37,504 nucleotides of DNA from contig NW_021835894.1 in the NCBI RefSeq assembly GCF_006345805.1, forward strand, positions 1 to 37,504, written 5' to 3'. Below the pieces are notes generated by a model. The model worked only from the letters and a program-made list of their open reading frames with translations. It ran no database searches and was not told the origin of the DNA. Source of the stretch: Octopus sinensis. Taxonomy: Eukaryota. Position numbers and translations under genes: made by a program. Of the stretch, positions 21,828 to 32,659 are shown piece by piece. How positions within the stretch are numbered: position 1 is the stretch's first letter; each line of letters begins with the position of its first letter.

Positions 21828-22171
21828 AATGCTGTCAGTAATATATTCCGTAGAAAGATGAATAATTACAATAATGATAACAGTAAGAATAATAATGATG
21901 GTGATGGTGATGATGATGATAATAAATGATGCAAAAATTAGTAAAACATGGGAATAGAGAGCGAGAGAGGAGAGAGAGAGAGAGAAAGAGAGGGAGAGAG
22001 AGAGAGAAGAGAATACTAACAAATATAGAAATAAATTTAATTGAAATGATGATAAAGATAATGAACTCATTTAAATTTTCATGAGGAGGAGGAGGAGGAG
22101 GAGGTGGAGGAGGAGGAGGTGGTGGTGGTGGTGGAGGGGTGGGTTTTGATGGTGATGATAATAACAACAGC

Positions 22172-22203
<32 letters not shown>

Positions 22204-22290
22204 TCTTTTTTACATAGGCTCAAAGCTTGAAATTTTAGGGGATTGGGCAAGAAGAAGAAGGAGGAGGAGGAGGAGGAAGAGGAGGAATAT
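21615..22290. repeat. Composite simple-repeat block: (AGT/AGC)n, (AAAG)n, (ATG)n, (AG)n, (GGA/GGT)n, (AAT)n, (AAG/GAG)n
   Basis: Read directly from the sequence. Confidence 0.9.
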
Positions 22291-22621
22291 TTAGGGAAAA
22301 AGAAAAATTTCTTGAATGATCATCGGAAAACTATTTTAGCAGTTTTAATAAAAAACGAACTGTTAGTAGAAGATTATTCAAAAAATAAATGTAGACACGC
22401 CGATGGTTTGTTGTGGGTTTTTTCGTAGTTTTTTTTTTTATGTTTAAAATATCTTCAAAGAATCATCTCAAAGAAAGCTTTTTAAAAATACTTTCTTCGA
22501 TAAAAAGGGATCAGAAGGACGACGAAATAAGATACACGTGCCAAAGTGGGATTATAATAGATGCTAAAGATTTATAGAGGAGATTATATGTTGTAAGAAA
22601 ATATGAAAATATATTAGAGAT

Positions 22622-22732
22622 GGCGGCGAACTGGCAGAATCTTTAGTAAACCGGGCAGAACGCTTAGTGGCACTTCCTCCATCATTACGTTGTGAGTTCA
22701 ATTCTCGCTGAGTTCAACTATGCCTTTCATTT
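22622..22732 (+). mobile_element. OR-type tRNA-derived SINE head, interrupted
   Basis: GGCGGCGAACTGGCAGAATC...GTGAGTTCAATTC...GCCTTTCAT matches the copies at 36730 onward. Confidence 0.75.
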
Positions 22733-23119
22733 AGGCGCAGGAGTGGTTGTGTGGTAAGTAGGTTGCTTCCCAACCACATTGTTCTGGATTCAATCCCACT
22801 GCGTGGCACCTTGGGCAAGTTTCTTCTACTATAGCCGCGGGCCAACGAAAGCCTTGTGAGTTGATTTGGCGGACGGAAACTGAAAGAAGCTTGTCGTATG
22901 TATATGTATGTTTTTGTGTGTGTCTGTGTTTGACTCCCCCACCGTCGCTTGACAACCGATAATGATGTGTTTACGTCCACGCAACTTAACGGTTCAGCAA
23001 AAGAGACTGATAGAATAAGTACTAGGCTTACAAAGAATAAGTCCTGGGGTCGATTTGTTCGTGTAAAGGCGGTGCTCCAGCATGGCCGCACTCAAATGCC
23101 TGAAACAAGTAGAAGAATA
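22733..23119 (+). mobile_element. OK-type SINE, full length
   Basis: Runs from AGGCGCAGGAGTGGTTGTGTGGTAAG to CCAGCATGGCCGCACTCAAATGCCTGAAACAAGTAGAAG. Confidence 0.9.
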
Positions 23120-24574
23120 GCTGTGATGATACAAACTTTGTTGGTGATGCATGTATTAGGTTGCTTAATGTGGAGATGAAGACGTTGAAGCTGTGAATGG
23201 TAAGAACAGAGATTTGTATGTCTCACACGTTTGTTCGCGAACACTTACAAGGCGATTAAGGCTAACACAGTTTAGTGAAACCCCTTTGAATGGAGGGAGA
23301 TTTAAGAAATACCAAGATTGAGAAGGGTTGGAAAAGACTGCATGAAATATATTTAGGAATCTGGGATTGGAGATTTTGTTTTGGAGCTCGGAAATTTTAA
23401 TGAGTTGTTAATCACTAGGCATGAGATTTTTGCAGGTATTTTTGCTTCTACATACAAAAGAATGTAAATTTAAATTTGTTGAACAAAATGTCCGTCTTTT
23501 GTGAGGTACCGAAGTATTATTAAAGGCTTCTTATGGTCCAATATTTTCTACTTGATTGCGAAATTATTTGTGTTTGGATAAATTTGTTTCTGCTCATCTT
23601 ACTGCGTTCGTGAGAGAATGAGTGTGTTTGTTAAATCTGGATTTGAATCTGTTGACTGTAAGTTGGCTATAACAATGGAGTATGGAATTGTTGGTGAGAA
23701 AAGTATCACAATTTATATTTAAACATGTTTATCCATTATTTCTCTATGCAACATAATTTTATATTTACGCAGAATACGCACATGTTTACACACTTGCTGC
23801 TATGAAAATATCTAAGAGGAGAAGAAAATGGACGGCTGTGTTGATCTAATCGCTTAACACACTTATTGCAAAAATACGATTCCCACTTGTTCTCATGCTT
23901 GTTTTTTTCTTTTCTTCGTGGCTTCCATATATTCCATATAGTCAATATATAAGGTGAAAACTTATTATTATATTTACAAAATTTATATATTTATGATTTT
24001 ATTCCCTTCGTGTGTTTGCTTTCGGACTTGAGTTCGCCTTCTTTTGTATAAATACTAAACGGCGACATTCGTATGAATTGATTCTCCATAGTTTCGACAA
24101 CAATGCCCGAAGCAATAATAGATTCCAAAAGTTCAAGCTCTATTTATGCTCGTTTTCGCAAGACTCGTTGAAAGTATTCTCCCAACACACACTTGAAACC
24201 ATTATCAAAGGAACCCCTTCCCAATTACAATTTGCCCCAAGCAAATATTCAACGATAAACAATTTAATATCTCCACTAAATGTACCAAGTCAATCCCATC
24301 TCCTAACTCATGGCGTATGACCATCCTTCAAAAACACAAAGATAGGGCAAGAACTTAGAAAATTATTTGTAAATCTCACAACGAGAGATATTCAGTAACA
24401 GTAATTTGTATTAAAGATTGTTTGCCAGCATAACATGGCAGTCCTGGTTTAGGACGAATGTTGCTGTAATTTAGCCCCAGGAGACATCGTCTCCAGCTGG
24501 CTATACGACACGATCTGTGTCCTTATATTTTCCAACAAGGGAATCTAGCAACCCCGCTCAGCTCAAAACAATAT

Positions 24575-24617
24575 CTGTGTATCGCGATTTCCTGGTTATT
24601 TCCCTTCGTCAGCACAG
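24575..24617 (-). ncRNA. Hammerhead-like motif (left arm of the foldback)
   Basis: CTGTG-CTGACGA-A-GGG-AAATAA-CCA-G-GAAA-TCGCGAT-A-CACAG. It has a perfect 5-bp stem I, a palindromic ATCGCGAT stem III and an AUA triplet. Stem II has one mismatch and there is an extra A/G beside the core. Confidence 0.55.
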
Positions 24618-24635
24618 GATAATTGTTCGGATATG

Positions 24636-24673
24636 CTGAGGAAGGGAAAGAACCCGGAAATCGCGATACACAG
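24636..24673 (+). ncRNA. Hammerhead-like motif (right arm of the foldback)
   Basis: CTGAGGA-A-GGG-AAAGAA-CCC-G-GAAA-TCGCGAT-A-CACAG. Stem II is intact but the 5' strand of stem I has diverged (ATATG). Confidence 0.5.
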
Positions 24674-25155
24674 ATATTCTTTTGAGCTGGGTGGGGGTAC
24701 TAGATTCCCTTGTTCGAAGATATAAGGACACATATCGTGTCGTATAGCCAGCTGGAGACAATGTCTCCTGGGGCTAAATTACAGCAACATTCGTCCTAAA
24801 CCATGACAGCCATGTTATGTTGGCAAACAATCTTTACTCCAGAGCAAGAACTCTTGAAAAATGCATCTACGCCATTTCCTATTTTTTGTCTTCGGTCACA
24901 TGGAAGAAACCTTCATGGTTCAACTGAAAAGAAGGCAGCAGAAGCAACGCATAGTGCGAGTAGAGAGCAAGACCAGGCAAGCAAGATATCTTGGTCATCC
25001 ACAGCATCCTTGTCCAAACTTGCCACTAGATTGAAGATAGTCACGGACGAGGGTCAGGTTGACGGTGCGCAACTCTTCACTTTAAAACGCTTCCGCACAA
25101 ATCCCCCACTATCCTTCGGGATGGCTATATGGTTCTTTGTTGCCCTCAACCGACA

Positions 25156-25286
<131 letters not shown>

Positions 25287-25620
25287 AAACAAAGTCAAAT
25301 GCGATACAATAAAATTAATTATTATCGCTGGTGTTCTGGGACACGCCATATATTATTCATATATAAGTACATTAAAAGGCGAAGTGTGTACCAGATACAC
25401 AAAAGCTGGATAAATTTAATGAGATGAAAATTAAAAACTTTTACAAACTTAGTTCTTCTTAGACTGCAGTTTCGCCTATTTCAGCAATAAAAATAATATT
25501 TATTTACTCAGGTAGGCTCTTCAGTAAGATTCCTGTTATTATGGGAAGCGCACATTAATAGAGGCACATGCGTCTATTAAATTGCTCTTTCTAAACTATT
25601 CAAATCACTGCGCAGACTCA
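25287..25620 (-). mobile_element. ~335-bp non-coding HHR-bearing element between two (TA)n tracts (PLE tail or retrozyme-like)
   Basis: Non-repeat block bounded by (TA)n on both sides, with no ORF, carrying a canonical HHR. Confidence 0.6.
25457..25529 (-). ncRNA. Canonical type I hammerhead ribozyme
   Basis: Minus strand: TCTTA-CTGAAGA-GCCTA-(34 nt)-TAGGC-GAAA-CTGCAGT-C-TAAGA. The core is complete (CUGAAGA/GAAA), with a 5-bp stem I, a 5-bp stem II closed by G-C, a palindromic ACTGCAGT stem III and a GUC triplet. Predicted cleavage is between plus-strand 25462 and 25461. Confidence 0.85.
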
Positions 25621-25898
25621 TATATATATATATAATGTACAGTTCCGTGTTAAAAAGTTCAACAAAAAAGTACCCCGTGTGGTGAGAGATAAATATTGTT
25701 TAGTTAAAGGACACAATACATATCCTTAAGTGCTACTAATAGTTTCATATGTTGAGAAATATCTAAAAAAAATTGGATAAGAGATGAGACGCGAAAAATC
25801 TTTGAAGGCAGCATATAGAAAATGCAGAAGATAAAAAAAAGTGGGGGGACGAAAACACAAGAACTAAAATGTAAAAAATATGTAAAAGGTATATATAT

Positions 25899-26137
25899 AT
25901 ACAAAATTTAAAGGACTGACCACTAAAAGTGGACGGTCAACATGCTAGATATAGACGTCAAATCGCTATTTTCCACAAAGAATATGTTCTCAAATAAAAA
26001 AAAATCAGCACGAACCAAAGCATGTGCTGAGTTTTTTTTTATTTGAGAACATATTCTTTGTGGAAAATAGCGATTTGACGTCTATATCTAGCATGTTGAC
26101 CGTCCACTTTAAGTGGTCAGTCCTTTAAATTTTGTAT
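25899..26137. repeat. Near-perfect 239-bp foldback (~110-bp arms, ~12-nt loop), TA-flanked, abutting (TA)n
   Basis: ATACAAAATTTAAAGGACTGACCAC...TCAGCAC-GAACCAAAGCAT-GTGCTGA...GTGGTCAGTCCTTTAAATTTTGTAT. Confidence 0.93.
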
Positions 26138-26264
26138 GTAAAAATATTTTAATCTTCGGATTTTTTTTAATATGCTAGGCCACTGGTTTTAATTGATTAA
26201 TATCAATTTCTACCCTTATTAAATTTTATATATATAGATACATACATTCCGTCAAAAATGTGCT

Positions 26265-26400
26265 CTGGTCCCTCTTAAGGATGAAAGACGAAGTCGACTC
26301 GTTGGCATTTGAATTCAGGACGTAAAATCGGAAGAAATGCCACAAATCATATTTTTTTTCGGGAGGGGTAAAAATTCTGCCATCTTGCCACAATATAATG
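26265..26400 (-). mobile_element. Degenerate OR-type SINE fragment
   Basis: GGATGAAAGACGAAGTCGACTCG...TTTGAATTCAGGACGTAAA is approximately the reverse complement of the OR-type head. Confidence 0.55.
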
Positions 26401-28289
26401 TATTAACATTAAAGTATGCAATATAAAATATTGATAGATGTATAATTCGTTACGTATCGATGAAGGGTTCAAATTCTGTTCTGCTCCTTGGCAAGACTAC
26501 CAGTCATGAATCTAAAGACACTTCATCAATGTTCCAATAATTGAGTCATTTACTAAACATAGATTATTCTAGAGAAATGGATGACCGCGATACGCTTGCT
26601 GTGTTGTTTCCGAAACTCATTTATTGAACCTAGATTCTTTGGCGTGTTTTCTTTTGTACACACGTAAGAAACATTATGAATAGAAATATTTGTCGAGAAT
26701 GTTCCGCCCCCCAATTCTCTTTCGTTTCTAATCGATTTCCATCAGGGAGCTGCTTTTTATGATTTACTTATTAAAGTCGATTCATATTCAAAATCTGTCA
26801 ATTAAATAGTGCCGAATGTTTCAGGATTTCTTTGATATTTCTCCATTTGCTCCGCACTCTCCGTGACTTGATCTGTTTAATAACAGCTTCTGACGTTATT
26901 TTGGCAGTAACCCGCAATTCAGTGACGGTATCGATTAAATAACTTTGCCTAATGTGTGAAGAACTTAAATGGAATTGTTTTGTCTGTGAAAGCAGAAAGA
27001 AATATCTACGTGGTGAAAGATTTCATTTATATAATGTGTTATAGTAAATTCTTTGTTCGTTTGTTTCATCAATGAAATCAGACCAAAGTACAGCCTCGTA
27101 CATAACTGATAATACAAGAACAATACAACCAAGCAGTTCCATTGATATTTTGGTAGATTCATAGAATTTTACGAGTTCTCAATAACAATGTACCGGTAGG
27201 TTTACGTAATCTATTTCTGAAGAAGATATTTTAACCAACTGCAATATTTTTCTTTTGTTTTTTTTTGGTATTCAGTTTTCAAAATAAAATTATCGAATAT
27301 TTTATATTTGGATTTCATCTTTTTAAAAACATTAACCCGAATTTTGATACTGTTTCTATATTTGATCGTGTCTTTCCTTTGATGTTTAAATGTTTTCCGA
27401 TATTATAGCAAGAAAAATGTATTTCAATATGGACAAGTTTTGGCATTAACGAAAAGACTATTCGTGTCAATGCTGCATCGGTACCTATTTGTAAAGTAGC
27501 TTTTCATTGAATCGATTGATTTATAGTAACACATAGAGCAGAATAATTAAAATGTATGTTCTTCAAAATATTATAATTTATATTTTTTTTATGGATACAT
27601 TTAGAATAGTATGTAACAAATCGAAAAACATTACTGATGCTTCTAAAATAAATATACTTTGATAAAACAGGAAGATAAGTTTTGTATCTAATCATACAAG
27701 ATGGCCGTTAATAAAAAAAAATAACTAACGCTACAAAAGGTATTCAATAATTGAAAACCCGTACAGTCGGAACTATTCTATCTCGAATAACAGTAAGTTT
27801 ACCAATCTTACACTTCATTAGCTTTTTATTAATTTGAAATTCGAGGTTATCTCCCATACCTTTCTTGTCCAGAATAAATAATTAAGCGAATAAAGGCTTT
27901 TTTTCATGTTCTTTACTATCATCTCACACCGTGTATAAATTGAATTATAACAATTCCTTGCTCACTAAATTATATTAGCTCTGACTTCAATAAAAGTTTA
28001 CTTTAGTTCATTAAAAACACCAGAATTATTATCGATATGTAAACAAATAAAAAGGAAAATGGATGGACCGACATAGAAGCTCTGTTGTAAAAGATCTCAA
28101 ATCAAATGTTATTCTCGATGCAGAAATATAATGCATCGTGGCTTTTCCACCTCAACCAGATCTGTTTTCTTCGATCTATTTTAAGTCTACCAAAGCATTG
28201 AACAACAAACCTTCAAATTTCAAACATCAAAGCATCATACATCAAACAACAAACAATCAATCGTAAACAACGCGTGAATATATACACAT

Positions 28290-28684
28290 AGGGGCAAGAG
28301 TGGCTGTGTGGATAGGCGCAGGAGTGGTTGCGTGGTAAGTAGCTTGCTAACCAACCACATGGTTCCGGGTTCAGTCCCACTGTTTGGCACCGTGGACAAG
28401 TATCTTCTACTATAGCCTCGAGCTGACTAAAGCCTTGTGAGTGGATTTGCTAGACGGAAACTAAAAGAAGCCCATCGAGTATATGTGTGTGTGTGTGTGT
28501 TTTGTCCCCCAACATTGCTTGACAACCGATGCTCGTGTGTTTATGTCCCGTAACTTAGCGGTTCGGCAAAAAGAGACCGATAGAATAAGTACTAGGCTTA
28601 CAAAGAATAAGTTGATTTGTTCGACTAAAGGCGGTGCTCCAGCATGGCCTCAGTCAAATGACTGAAACGAATTAAAGAATAAAA
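28290..28684 (+). mobile_element. OK-type SINE (28314-28684) preceded by a 22-bp stub of another head (28290-28311)
   Basis: AGGGGCAAGAGTGGCTGTGTGG is followed by AGGCGCAGGAGTGGTTGCGTGGTAAG...CCAGCATGGCCTCAGTCAAATGACTGAAAC. Confidence 0.9.
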
Positions 28685-28704
28685 GACATACATAGATACA
28701 CACA

Positions 28705-28760
28705 TGTATGTATGTATGTATGTATGTATGTATGTATGTATGTATGTATGTATGTATGTA
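28705..28760. repeat. (TATG)n microsatellite
   Basis: Read directly from the sequence. Confidence 0.95.
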
Positions 28761-28904
28761 TTAGTTACAAAAGTGAAACTAATACATTTTAGTTTTCTTA
28801 CCTTTATTTTATAGAGATTTTCACTCATTCGTTAATGTAGTGAATCGTGTATTTTTACACGTACAATTTTGTGTTTCTTTGTTTATGTATTTACATGAAT
28901 CTGC

Positions 28905-29936
28905 TTCACTGCATTCAAATGAGAGCAGTATTTGAGGACACTTTATTATCAGTATATTCCTCTCTTCAAATCAATTAAAAGGTTGTTTTTTTTCTTTCTG
29001 ATCCCCTATAGCAAATACAATGCTAATAAAAGAAATGAAAAGACATGCAGCCATTGTTGCCACATGTGCAAAACGCAATTCATCCAACGGTGAAATTATC
29101 CATTTGTAAAATCGTTGAGGGCCATTGCTAAAGGACTTAAGGTGTCAACAGTGGACTGTCAGGACTGTTGTGCATAAGGATATTTAATACCAGTTGTAGG
29201 TACAATGTAAAGCCAATTTATGTCTACAAAGACACAGGGAAACCATTTAATATGTGCCAAATTGTTGCTGAGCAAGTTGAAAACCCCTGGGAACATGGCA
29301 TGTGTTGGTTCTTCTGTAATGAGAAAAACCTCGAGTAAAACCAAAGGTCAAACAGACAAATGATAGGTGGTTTTCAGCAGACTTTTTTCTGAACCCCACA
29401 GAGTGATACACACTAAATTCCGGGCAAATGAGACGGTTTTAGGAGTAGTGGGTACCGATGGTCATGTCGTGATACATCATATCTTACCACAAGGTCAGTG
29501 AATTTATGCTGCTAAACTCGGCACCTCCCGATGTCCACGTACCACAAGAATGGATGTCAGACAATTTTTACAATCACGTAACACCGTTCGTGTCCTCCTC
29601 CAGACTCGCCAGATTTAAATCAAACGGACTTCTACGTTTGGTCCGTTGTTGAAAGGGAGAGTAATTGACATTCTCATATCATAGCTTCAGTAAAGGCTGT
29701 TGCTATCAAGACGAGCAATATAGACCATTTAGTGCCGGAATACCAATGATTCTGGTTCCACATTGAAGAAGTAGTGATCTAAGCTGAAGACGGATTCGTA
29801 GAATAACCTTATACGAAAGTTTATCGAGAACGTTTACACATTTTCTTTTACTAAAATACATTCGTTTTTAGATAGATTAAATTTGTTTTATAAAGTTACT
29901 GAACATGTCCTCAAATACTTTTCGTACCCAGTGTAT
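28905..29936 (+). mobile_element. maT/DD37D-like Tc1/mariner relic with a heavily mutated transposase (~29110-29815)
   Basis: Across frameshifts: KSLRAIAKGLKVS..., FFCNEK (FFSDEK motif), KVKQTNDRW, LGVVGTDGHV, PPDSPDLNQTDFYVWSVVERE, EAEDGF. The inverted match AGTATTTGAGGAC (~28927) / GTCCTCAAATACT (~29908) marks TIR remnants. Confidence 0.75.
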
Positions 29937-30006
29937 AATAGCTGGGTATACACAAATGTATTAATGGAATGCATAAAAACAAAAAGGCACTGATGATAAT
30001 TTAGAT

Positions 30007-30389
30007 CAATGGTTCTTAACCATTTCTTTGGCAGCGTCACCTTTTAAGTAACTGTGCCTAGCGCCCACCTCAGCGGCAAGTGAAGTAGCGCAACTAAATT
30101 TAACATGGAGGCAAGTTTATAAATTTTACTCTAAAAATGGATTGTGTAAGCTTTTAAAAGTGAAATGAAAAAAAAATTAACAAAGACAAAATTTGTAAAT
30201 TTATTTTATACATTGCAAGTTAATGACATCCTTGTGCCTGATGAGATCTCAGTTTTAATAACCATTATTAGTTTTATCATACATAATATAATTAGTACTA
30301 TAGGTAATGTTTACTATGTTAAATTTTGTTACTTCACCGCCTTCTCGACATGACCTTGGGAGCAATACCACCCACACCGAGAACATCTG
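30007..30389. mobile_element. hAT-superfamily MITE with 8-bp TSD
   Basis: The ends CAATGGTTCTTAACC...CCGAGAACATCTG are degenerate CAGTGGTTCTCAA-type TIRs. They are flanked by ATTTAGAT (29999-30006) and ATTTAGAC (30390-30397). Confidence 0.75.
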
Positions 30390-31445
30390 ATTTAGACCAT
30401 AAGAACCTCTCATTTAGACCATGTGTTTAAATAAGGTTTTCAGAATCAAGAATTCAATTAATGGATTGTTTGATGTATGTAAATATTAATACTTTTCTTT
30501 TTTTCGTTTCTGACATAAAAATACATAAACAGAAACACAGCAATTCTAGAAATAACTAAATAAGTTCCTTACCACAAGTAACTTCTCACGTAGTGTATCT
30601 ACGACGAGATTCAAACGAGAATAGCATCATCGACCCTATATTGTCCGATTGTTGTTAACTCATCGTTTCTGTTATTAGATTCAATGTTTCTGATATTAAA
30701 CACATGCCACTGTTCAAGCCAGATAAATTGCGTAGCGTTTCAACACAGATTAAATAACTGACGTGTGTGCGATAGACATTAGACAGGTGTTTGGCTGAGG
30801 TTAGAACGGTGATATTAAATCTGTGACGGACGGATACCAGAAATATTATATTCCAATCATCAGGTTTTCTTGCTGAATATACGGGCAGAATATCTGTTCT
30901 GACTGGTTTGCAGTGATTAATAAATCTCAAGTTTTTTTCCTTTCTTTTTGGGGGGTTTTTCTGCCATAAAACTATTCATTCACCCTTCACTCGAGATTCA
31001 GCCCCATTTGCAAAGTGGCCACTAACATATCATAAGCAATGAGCTAAGAAACTTTTATTAATTAAAATTGCATATTTTGTTGTGTATAGGGAGGGTCATT
31101 GCGCCAATATTAATTACACACGCACTGGTTCAATTCAACTCCTTTATTATTAGTCAATCGGTTAAATATCAAACTAACTATTTGATTGTTTGTTTAATTT
31201 GGTTAACCAGTCAGTCCCTTTTGTTTTTATTTGTTTGCTTTTTTGTGAAAGCTCTTTCATTGCTATTAGCAACCTTCTCAATTATTGTTTGCACATTTAA
31301 TTATCTTTTATTACATGTTTCAGTCACTTACCCGCAGCCATAATTGGGTACTGCTTTAAACTGCCTTGAAGGGGTTGAGTTGAACAAGCGATGAACAAGC
31401 GGGCGTCAAGCGATGATAGTGGAGACAAGCGCAATATATATATAT

Positions 31446-31486
<41 letters not shown>

Positions 31487-31490
<4 letters not shown>

Positions 31491-31690
31491 AGAGTTTACG
31501 AAAAAAACAAAAGGCGAAGACAGATGGTGTACAAAACAAACATATGTATTAGCCTAACGCTCAGGAATACAAAAAGTCTTTTACGTTTCGAGCCTACGCT
31601 CTTCTACAGAACGGGACACAGAAAAAAACAAGGAGAGAAACAAGGAGAGAAAAAATGTGTGTAGTGGCTAATGATCTATCATGGTGACTG
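31487..31690 (-). mobile_element. ~200-bp PLE-type tail between (TA)n tracts, carrying a variant minimal HHR
   Basis: It has the same layout as 6290-6570: pyrimidine-rich tract, HHR core, TTCCTGAGCG, T-rich tail, then (TA)n. Confidence 0.6.
31582..31609 (-). ncRNA. Minimal hammerhead-like motif, variant core (CUGUAGA)
   Basis: CTGTAGA-A-GAG-CGTAGG-CTC-GAAAC-GTA, with a palindromic ACGT stem III and a GUA triplet. A6 is replaced by U and stem I is only 2 bp in this copy. Confidence 0.5.
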
Positions 31691-31737
31691 ATATATATAT
31701 GTATATATATATATATACATATGTATGTGTGTTTATA

Positions 31738-31848
31738 CCATGGGCTTCTTTCATTTCCTGTCTACCAAATGCAGCCACAAGGCTTTGCTCGACCCAAGGC
31801 TGACACTTGCCCAAGGTGCCAAACGGTGGGACTGAACCTGAAGCGATA
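31738..31848 (-). mobile_element. OK-type SINE 5' fragment
   Basis: GGGCTTCTTTCATTTCCTGTCTACCAAAT...GACACTTGCCCAAGGTGCC...GTGGGACTGAACC. Confidence 0.75.
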
Positions 31849-31949
31849 TTCGGGTTTGCCTATTTTTGACTGACTCAACTCTCTACTTTCGTACCACCTC
31901 GATTCTTGCTGGCCTCTTGATTTTAATAGCTATAACTAGACGGAGAGGA

Positions 31950-31972
31950 GACAGACAGACAGACAGACAGAC

Positions 31973-32015
<43 letters not shown>

Positions 32016-32019
32016 AGAA

Positions 32020-32065
<46 letters not shown>
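31950..32065. repeat. (AGAC)n-(AAAG)n microsatellite
   Basis: Read directly from the sequence. Confidence 0.95.
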
Positions 32066-32067
<2 letters not shown>

Positions 32068-32659
32068 GTGGATTAGGAACGTACTGTCGTATTTGCACCT
32101 ATTTATCCACAGCGAGAACTTTTCCCTTTCACAAACTTCTGTGAATGACTTTGTTACGAGTTCGAATTTGCCTCAAGCATATTTGAACTGTTAATTAGTT
32201 TGCATTTATGTACATCAGTGCTTTCCGCTGTCACCCAGTATTTCATTTACAGCGCGTCGCTGAATAGCGCCACCATTCGTTGAACTATAACTGAAATAAC
32301 ATAAGAGAGACCTGTGTCAGGTCGCAGCGTTCTCATTTCCGGTATCTGCTGCAGAGGAGGAGATAAATACCCCGAAATTGATGTTGTAACTGACCTTCTG
32401 TATTTATTTGTCTAGAGTGAAAATTTTTCTTCGTACCAAATACAGTGAATAGCTTTTTTTACAGGTTCAAATATGCCTGAAGAATATCTGAACTAGGAGA
32501 AAGGTTGTTTTTAACCGTTACTATATTTGTGAGTGAGAGAAAATGACTGGAAAACGGATGGAGTGTGGAGGGGAAGTGATCGAGAGTGTGGCGCTGTAAC
32601 AGGCCGAAACAAGTGTTAATGGATGGATAAAATGATCAGAGAACAGGAAAAACAATACA

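Larger units (their letters stand above)
24412..24836. repeat. 425-bp foldback with ~200-bp arms, TA at both outer ends, and an HHR-like motif in each arm
   Basis: TAAAGATTGTTTGCCAGCATAACATGG... versus ...CCATGTTATGTTGGCAAACAATCTTTA. The arms remain alignable to within ~20 nt of the centre (~24625). Confidence 0.93.

Noticed and set aside
21835-22173. Poly-proline / poly-His ORF on the minus strand
   Set aside because: It is a translation of (GGA/GGT)n, (AG)n and (ATG)n simple repeats.
27000-27135. Signal-peptide-like MELLGCIVLVLSVMYEAVLWS peptide on the minus strand
   Set aside because: The frame closes after about 40 codons, with no convincing donor site or homology.
30238-30252. CTGATGA as a hammerhead core
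   Set aside because: No stem II-GAAA-stem III follows. It is only a small palindrome (TGAGATCTCA) inside the hAT MITE.
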